From contig CALLJL010000008.1 in assembly GCA_938092135.1 (NCBI GenBank), forward strand, positions 64,019 to 128,018: a stretch of 64,000 nt of DNA. Direction: 5' to 3'. Positions 58,848 to 64,000 of the stretch are shown here, one piece after another. The notes under the pieces were generated by a model. It was not told where the DNA came from and did no database searches. It saw nothing but the letters and a program-made list of their open reading frames with translations. The stretch comes from an uncultured bacterium. GTDB taxonomy: Bacteria > Acidobacteriota > Aminicenantia > Aminicenantales > CALLJL01. Positions within the stretch are counted from its first letter, which is position 1. Each line of letters starts with the position of its first letter. The position numbers and the translations under genes were made by a program.

Positions 58848-59546
58848 ATGAAAAGTAAAAGGATAGGAAAGATTATTTTTTGGGATTGGACTGGGACACT
58901 GGCTGACGAAGCCAGCCTCGATCGGGCAATCTGCGAGGAAATAGAAAAAGCTATAGCTAGGCAAAGGCTTATTCCTTTGTCCGAGGCTAGAAAGATTTTT
59001 CGGAACTATTTAAAACAGCTTGAAGGAAAATGGGAATGGCATGATTATGTTCGCCACGGAAGGAAATTTCATCTTCCCTGGGAAGAAATTCAAAAAAAGC
59101 ATCTTCATAAGCTTAAATTATTGCCAGGGGCTTTGGAAATTCTCACTTGGGCCAGAGATAAAGGTTATTTAAATGTCTTAGCGACTAACGCAGTCCGCCC
59201 AGTGATCAATCTTAGACTGAATTATTTAAAAATTTCTTCCCTTTTTGAAGCGCTTATTACCAGCGACGATGTTCAGGCTCTTAAGGCTGAGGGCCGTCAT
59301 TTTGAGCGGGGCCTTAAACTTTTTGAAACCAGCCCATCGATTTGTTTCTCCGTTGGTGACAATCCGGTGCAAGATATCGCTTCCGCCCGCCGTCTCGGTC
59401 TAAAAACCATTTTTTGCTGCCTCGGACCCAACTATACTCATTATCATACCACCCATCTTGCCCTTAATCATCAGGAAAAAGTGAACGCGGATTTCACGAT
59501 TTTCGAATTAATGGAGATTAAAGATATTCTTGAAAATATCGATTGA
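58848..59546 (+). CDS. HAD-superfamily hydrolase (motif I variant DxTGT)
   Basis: Motif I FWDWTGTLADE has Thr in place of the second Asp. Motif IV region GDNPVQDIASARRLG. 232 aa. Confidence 0.6.
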   Translation: MKSKRIGKIIFWDWTGTLADEASLDRAICEEIEKAIARQRLIPLSEARKIFRNYLKQLEGKWEWHDYVRHGRKFHLPWEEIQKKHLHKLKLLPGALEILTWARDKGYLNVLATNAVRPVINLRLNYLKISSLFEALITSDDVQALKAEGRHFERGLKLFETSPSICFSVGDNPVQDIASARRLGLKTIFCCLGPNYTHYHTTHLALNHQEKVNADFTIFELMEIKDILENID

Positions 59547-59778
59547 AACTTAGGCTAGGATATAATGCCCAATTTAAATTTTGACATGAGAGGGTTGTAC
59601 GTGGACTCCAGTTTTGTTTAAATAGTTGCTTAGCTTTGAAGGTAAGAAGCTGGTCGAATCCCTTATTTCTTATGGAAAATTTTAAGTATTGTAAAGGAAA
59701 TTAAAATTAATCTGTAAACAGAAAAAGGTGATTAAAAGGACTAAAATTAACTAATAGGAATGCTAATAGGAATAAAAA

Positions 59779-60885
59779 ATGGCTGAACCTCTTTGCCCCT
59801 ATTTCCGGCGCTGCGGGGGCTGTCTATATCAGCACCTTGATTATCAAGATCAGCTCCAAAAAAAAGCTGAGGAACTCCGCCGGGCTACGGGCAGCCAAAA
59901 TATTGAAATTTATTCAGGTGAACCCTATTTTTACCGCACTCGAATGGATTTTATTTTTCATTCAAATGGCCTCGGCTTAAGAGAGAGACATCGCTGGTGG
60001 CGAATTGTTGATGTCGAACAATGTGTTATTGCCAATAGCTCTATTAATCAGCTGGTTCGGGAAGTAAGAGATTATTTTCAAAATGTCGATGCCTTTGATG
60101 TCCGCCTCAAAAGAGGCACATTTCGCTTCGCCGTTATGCGAACTCCTCCCGGAGATTCGGCTATCTCCTTTGTATTAAATAAGGTATCTAGTAATTTACC
60201 CCTTTCCCTTGAACAAATTGCCGATTTTTCTAAGAAAACATCAGCCCAAAATATTATCGTCACCTTTGTTCCACCTAATCGCGATGTGAGTGTCAGCGAT
60301 GATTTTCAGGTCATCAAAGGCGAACCCTATTTAAAAGAAGAACTGCTCGGCCTTAAATTCCTTTATCCTGTTCAGGGCTTTTTTCAGAACAACCACCAAA
60401 TGACGGAAAGTCTTCACCGTTATTGTCGGTCTATTCTTGAGAAATATGCCGGCCGTCGAACCTCTCTTCTCGATCTCTATGCTGGTGTCGGCACCTTTGG
60501 TCTTCTGAATGCGGATCTTTTTCGAGAGGTTTTTCTCTTTGAAAATTATGAGCCTGCCATCGAAGCGGCCAAAAAAAATATAACCTCTTTCGGTTTGAAA
60601 AACGTCTCGCCTATCCTTGAGGATGCCAAAAACATTCATAAATTAACCTTGCCATCGCCTCTTATCGTAGTCGCCGACCCACCACGAACAGGTCTTCATC
60701 CTCGGGTTCTAAAATATCTCAACAATATCCGTCCAAAGGCCATTCTTTATATCTCCTGCAATGTTGAGAGATTGCGCCACGATTTGCAGGCCTTGCCTAT
60801 ATATCGATTGAAGCGAGCCGCCCTCTTCGATTTCTTTCCTCAGACCCCACATTTAGAGGCTGTGGTCGAATTAAAATTGAAATAG
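59779..60885 (+). CDS. Fe-S-containing RNA (uracil-C5)-methyltransferase, RlmC/RlmD (TrmA) family, no TRAM domain
   Basis: N-terminal Cys cluster CPYFRRCGGCLYQHL for the [4Fe-4S] site. Class I MTase motif LDLYAGVGTFGL. C-terminal ...ADPPRTG and catalytic YISCN. Confidence 0.75.
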   Translation: MAEPLCPYFRRCGGCLYQHLDYQDQLQKKAEELRRATGSQNIEIYSGEPYFYRTRMDFIFHSNGLGLRERHRWWRIVDVEQCVIANSSINQLVREVRDYFQNVDAFDVRLKRGTFRFAVMRTPPGDSAISFVLNKVSSNLPLSLEQIADFSKKTSAQNIIVTFVPPNRDVSVSDDFQVIKGEPYLKEELLGLKFLYPVQGFFQNNHQMTESLHRYCRSILEKYAGRRTSLLDLYAGVGTFGLLNADLFREVFLFENYEPAIEAAKKNITSFGLKNVSPILEDAKNIHKLTLPSPLIVVADPPRTGLHPRVLKYLNNIRPKAILYISCNVERLRHDLQALPIYRLKRAALFDFFPQTPHLEAVVELKLK

Positions 60886-60900
60886 GGTATCCTCCCTTTT

Positions 60901-60950
60901 TACTCAGCTCTTTTTAATTGAGCTCTTTTTTACTGAGCTCTTTCACTCAG
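60901..60950. repeat. three tandem ~15-nt repeats (TACTCAGCTCTTTTT / AATTGAGCTCTTTTTT / TACTGAGCTCTTTC + ACTCAG) in convergent intergenic region
   Basis: Read directly. Each unit contains the palindromic core (C/G)AGCTC. CTGAG(60933-60937)/CTCAG(60946-60950) can form a 5-bp hairpin. Confidence 0.6.
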
Positions 60951-60990
60951 AAAAACCTCAGCTTTCTGCCTTGCCTCATGGCCCAAAGAG

Positions 60991-62427
60991 CTACATTGAG
61001 ATGAAAAGTGAAAAGCCACCACCCTCGCCAAATCGAGGGTTAACAATTTTACTAAGGATCGAACCAAAGGAATAATTTAGACTTATGGAAAAATAATAAT
61101 CATAAGTCGTTTCAAGCTGACGACGCCTGAGGATAACTTCCTCCAGGCTGGCGCCTCGCCGGGGTAAAGAAAGCTGATCATGGAGGCGGGAGTAATTACC
61201 ATCAAGGCTTAAAGACAAGCCCCGAAAGAGGCGAAGGGAAATCTCCCCAGAAAGAGTTAATCTATTCTGGCGCCAGTCATGAAAATAATTGGATCCCTGA
61301 AGCGAAAGGCTTACGGTCCCCCATCGCCGTTTAAGTTCCAAGGCAGCGGTCAGGCTCTGCCTCCAGAGAAATTCCCTGGTTTTTAAATAAATGGTTTCTT
61401 CCCGATAATAAGCCGAAGTAAAGCTCAGACGATAAAGGAAGCGGAGCTGTCGTCGCGTTGATTCCGAATAAGGGAAAAGATTATATTCAATCGCCGGAGC
61501 TGGGGCAAGACTCAATTTAACATTTTCATAAGTTGAGCTGGTAGCTGAAAAATAGGCGCCGATCGACCAGTGATCATTAATTGCCCGAACAACAAGAGCC
61601 TGAAAATTTTCGCGCTCATAGGTACTACTAATCTTCCTCGGGCCATACTGATATTCATTCTCAGACCAGGAGCCGCTAAGGGCCAGTCTGATTTTCCACT
61701 CCGGAGTAACTCGATTAGCACTGAAAGAACCATAAAGACTTTTGAAATTGGACGATTTTTCACCATTCAAGAATGAACTTAAGTTGAGATTAAAGGTCCA
61801 GAAATTCCAGGGATCGGTAACGGCGGTTGGCCTAACCTGCTGACGGAATTTAATCTGGAGACGACGGGAAATGGCTGATTGGCCCACGAAGCGCATCAGT
61901 GTGGTTTTTAAAATACTTAAAAGTTCTGCTTTAACCTCTTGCTGGGACAGGGATAAAGGAAGCTCAACTTTGAGTTCATCGCTTTCGCCGCCCAGCTCTT
62001 TCAGCCCCTGAAGCCTTAGGGTAAAAATCTGTTTATCCTCCCCCATTTCTTTTCTTATTAAAAGGCTAACTTGAGCTTCAGCTTCAGAAGAAACGATTGT
62101 GACATAGGGTATTTCTTTTGGGAGCTCAGCCACAGAGATTATTTCAGTCGCCACATTTTCAGTCTCGACATAAACAGCGGGCGGCCGATTGAGTCGATAG
62201 CCTGAATGTGCCTGAGGAATTTCTTGAGCTGGGTAAGAAAAGATAGCCAGAAAAAATAAAGCTATAAAAGCTAAAAACAAAGGCCAAAGATGTCCTTTTA
62301 AACTTTTTTGATCTTTTAAATCCCTTATAGACTTGTTTTGCTCACCTTCATCCTTTTCTTTGATGCTCATTTGGCAGAGGCTGAAATTATCTTTCCCTTT
62401 TATTTGAGCTTTCTTTTTTCCTTTCAT
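60991..62427 (-). CDS. putative outer-membrane beta-barrel protein, paralog A (unassigned family)
   Basis: Hydrophobic signal/anchor segment. The C-terminal ~300 aa has alternating amphipathic strands and is ~50% identical to the neighbouring ORF (e.g. SSTYENVKLSLAPAPAIEYNLFPYSESTRRQLRFLYRL; GASLEEVILRRRQLETTYDYYFSISLNYSFGS...NPRFG). Confidence 0.45.
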   Translation of the reverse strand: MKGKKKAQIKGKDNFSLCQMSIKEKDEGEQNKSIRDLKDQKSLKGHLWPLFLAFIALFFLAIFSYPAQEIPQAHSGYRLNRPPAVYVETENVATEIISVAELPKEIPYVTIVSSEAEAQVSLLIRKEMGEDKQIFTLRLQGLKELGGESDELKVELPLSLSQQEVKAELLSILKTTLMRFVGQSAISRRLQIKFRQQVRPTAVTDPWNFWTFNLNLSSFLNGEKSSNFKSLYGSFSANRVTPEWKIRLALSGSWSENEYQYGPRKISSTYERENFQALVVRAINDHWSIGAYFSATSSTYENVKLSLAPAPAIEYNLFPYSESTRRQLRFLYRLSFTSAYYREETIYLKTREFLWRQSLTAALELKRRWGTVSLSLQGSNYFHDWRQNRLTLSGEISLRLFRGLSLSLDGNYSRLHDQLSLPRRGASLEEVILRRRQLETTYDYYFSISLNYSFGSILSKIVNPRFGEGGGFSLFISM

Positions 62428-62503
62428 CTTCTTTTATTTCCCCATTTGGATTTTTTATAAAGTCATAATTTTAAAAAATCTTATTTTTAACTTTTCCTCT
62501 ATA

Positions 62504-63841
62504 TTAATAAATCTGAATCCTGACACCGCCACCTCCCTCTGTCCCAAACCTGGGGTTGACCACATTGGCAAAAAGAGAGCCAAAGGTATAGCTTAGGCCA
62601 ATGGAAATAAAATACTGATAGCTTGTTTCGAGCTGACGACGCCTCAGCAGAACCTCCTCTAAGGAAGCGCCTCTTTTGGCCAGAAAAAGCTGGTCATGAA
62701 TCCGCGAACCTCCACCCAGAACATAAAAGCTGAAGCCTTTGAATAAAAAGAGATTAACTACGCCGTAAAGAGTTAGCCGGTTTTTCCGAAAATCATGGAA
62801 ATAATGGGAGCCGCTTAGGGAAAGCGAAATTGTCCCGATTTTTTCTTTTAAATCAAGGGTGAGGGAAAGAGATTGACCCAAAAGATTTTCTTTGATTCGA
62901 TCGTAAATCGTTACCTCGCGATAACGAAGGGCTTTAAGATCGAGACGATAAAGAAGCCGCAGCTGCCTTCTTGAGGCCAGAGAGTAGGGAAAGAAGTTGT
63001 ATTCTATAGCCGGAGCCAGATCAAAGGAATGTTTAATATTCTCATAGGTCGAACTATAACCCTCAAAATAGCCTCCCATCGACCAGTGCTCACCCAGACT
63101 CCAGACATAAAGACAGGTCAAACTGCCGCTTTCGGAAAGGCTGGTTATCTTTAAACTATCATATTTATAGATATTGCGGTTTCGGCTGTAATAAAAGGCA
63201 AGCTTAAATTTACTTGCCGCTGTCGTTCGATTGGCCGAAAGAGTCGTCGAGATAGATTCATGACGGTAATTTGATTCGCCGTTAAAATTTCCATAGCCCC
63301 TTATGTTGAAAACCCAGTAATTCCATTTATCCCTGACTTCCTGCGGATTAGTCTCAGGGAAATAGTTAATGGCCAGATGCCGGCGAATCGGAGTACGAGC
63401 TATATAAGTCATCAGTCCTACCTTAAGGGCATTGGTGAGGCCTTCTCTAATTTCATCCTCAGTATCAGTTTGAGAAGAAAAATATTTATGGACCACATCC
63501 ACTCCCTGAAAATCCTGCTGTCCCATAAAAGTAAGGGTATATTCCCGGCCACCGCTTCCTGTTCTCTGGGTAGTGACGAGAATGTAGATCTGGGCCTCTT
63601 TACGGTCTCGAACATAGTTAACAAAGGTAATTTCCGTCCGAATGTAATCAAGGTCACAGGCTGCACAATCAAGATAAACTCGCGGCGCCTGCTTTTTCAG
63701 CTCCTCTATCTCCGCCAGCTGACTCTGGGCAGGTGCCTTTTCCTGAGGCCAAAGATTAAAGGCCGGTACGAGGTAAAGAATTACAATCACTAATCTGAAA
63801 AAGGCTAAAATTAAACGCTGATAACCTGGACGATTAATCAT
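62504..63841 (-). CDS. putative outer-membrane beta-barrel protein, paralog B (unassigned family)
   Basis: Signal peptide MINRPGYQRLILAFFRLVIVILYLVPAF. C-terminal region colinear with paralog A (SSTYENIKHSFDLAPAIEYNFFPYSLASRRQLRLLYRL; GASLEEVLLRRRQLETSYQYFISIGLSYTFGS...NPRFG). Confidence 0.45.
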   Translation of the reverse strand: MINRPGYQRLILAFFRLVIVILYLVPAFNLWPQEKAPAQSQLAEIEELKKQAPRVYLDCAACDLDYIRTEITFVNYVRDRKEAQIYILVTTQRTGSGGREYTLTFMGQQDFQGVDVVHKYFSSQTDTEDEIREGLTNALKVGLMTYIARTPIRRHLAINYFPETNPQEVRDKWNYWVFNIRGYGNFNGESNYRHESISTTLSANRTTAASKFKLAFYYSRNRNIYKYDSLKITSLSESGSLTCLYVWSLGEHWSMGGYFEGYSSTYENIKHSFDLAPAIEYNFFPYSLASRRQLRLLYRLDLKALRYREVTIYDRIKENLLGQSLSLTLDLKEKIGTISLSLSGSHYFHDFRKNRLTLYGVVNLFLFKGFSFYVLGGGSRIHDQLFLAKRGASLEEVLLRRRQLETSYQYFISIGLSYTFGSLFANVVNPRFGTEGGGGVRIQIY

Positions 63842-64000
63842 TTTTTAACCTTTATTCCTGAAATATATTGGTTAATTTTAATAATTAATCTCTTTCATAA
63901 ATAATAATACGCTCGTTGAAAGTAAAATGTTACTTTTGGATTAAAATTTTTTCAAAAATTAAAAAAGCCGTTTTCTACATAAGTGCGGCTTCTGGACTAA

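Noticed and set aside
1-64000. CRISPR arrays, cas genes, restriction-modification, Abi/retron/CBASS-type defence cassettes, IS elements, integrases.
   Set aside because: No regularly spaced direct repeats, no transposase/integrase/RT/nuclease-like ORFs, and no terminal inverted repeats anywhere. All large ORFs have housekeeping assignments.

Overview
This is an AT-rich chromosomal segment from a diderm (Gram-negative-type) bacterium, about 90% coding and mostly housekeeping.

Gene content, in order:
- SppA C-terminal fragment (gene starts left of the window), FtsB-like protein, phosphohexomutase.
- A large polytopic membrane protein with a SpeE-like central domain, then pcm and coaD.
- A complete type IV pilus pilM-pilN-pilO-pilP-pilQ operon, followed on the same strand by two unassigned lipoproteins.
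- A long minus-strand run: priA, family-4 UDG, coaBC, gmk, yicC, an MsbA-like ABC exporter, an Asd homolog, DUF465, and a GT4 glycosyltransferase.
- A ~2.6 kb stretch with no supported gene, ending at tRNA-Phe(GAA), which has its own sigma70-like promoter.
- galU-like gene, a FadL-like outer-membrane protein, clpB, a small poly-Glu acidic protein, mutS, pgsA, fabD.
- A SurA-N-like chaperone with bamA and tamB.
- A three-subunit biotin-dependent acyl-CoA carboxylase, transaldolase, an FAH-family hydrolase, an FN3 lipoprotein, hslUV.
- DUF2156 plus a GNAT acetyltransferase; an orphan HicB-like antitoxin, an AhpD-like CxxC protein, a small Cys-rich secreted protein, and a VKOR-DsbA fusion.
- GTP-dependent PEPCK (pckG), a DUF1015 protein, a HAD hydrolase, an RlmC/D-type Fe-S RNA methyltransferase.
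- Two tandem paralogous putative beta-barrel proteins at the right edge.

I saw no CRISPR array, transposase, integrase, restriction-modification system or other recognisable defence or mobile cassette.

The most unusual observations are:
1. The gene desert upstream of tRNA-Phe, which may hold an ncRNA, small ORFs or pseudogene debris.
2. An Asd homolog that lacks the catalytic cysteine and the NAD(P) Gly-rich motif, so it is a likely pseudoenzyme.
3. Two lipoprotein genes, one with Big-like repeats, embedded behind pilQ.
4. A thiol-redox neighbourhood pairing a small Cys-rich secreted protein with VKOR-DsbA.
5. A tandem pair of unassigned beta-barrel-like paralogs.

The ORF track translates TTG starts as M; TTG starts were confirmed for mutS, coaD and the biotin-carboxylase ORF, and several starts were re-set to internal ATGs with better Shine-Dalgarno sequences. 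Functional calls are from motif recall only; no database search was possible.
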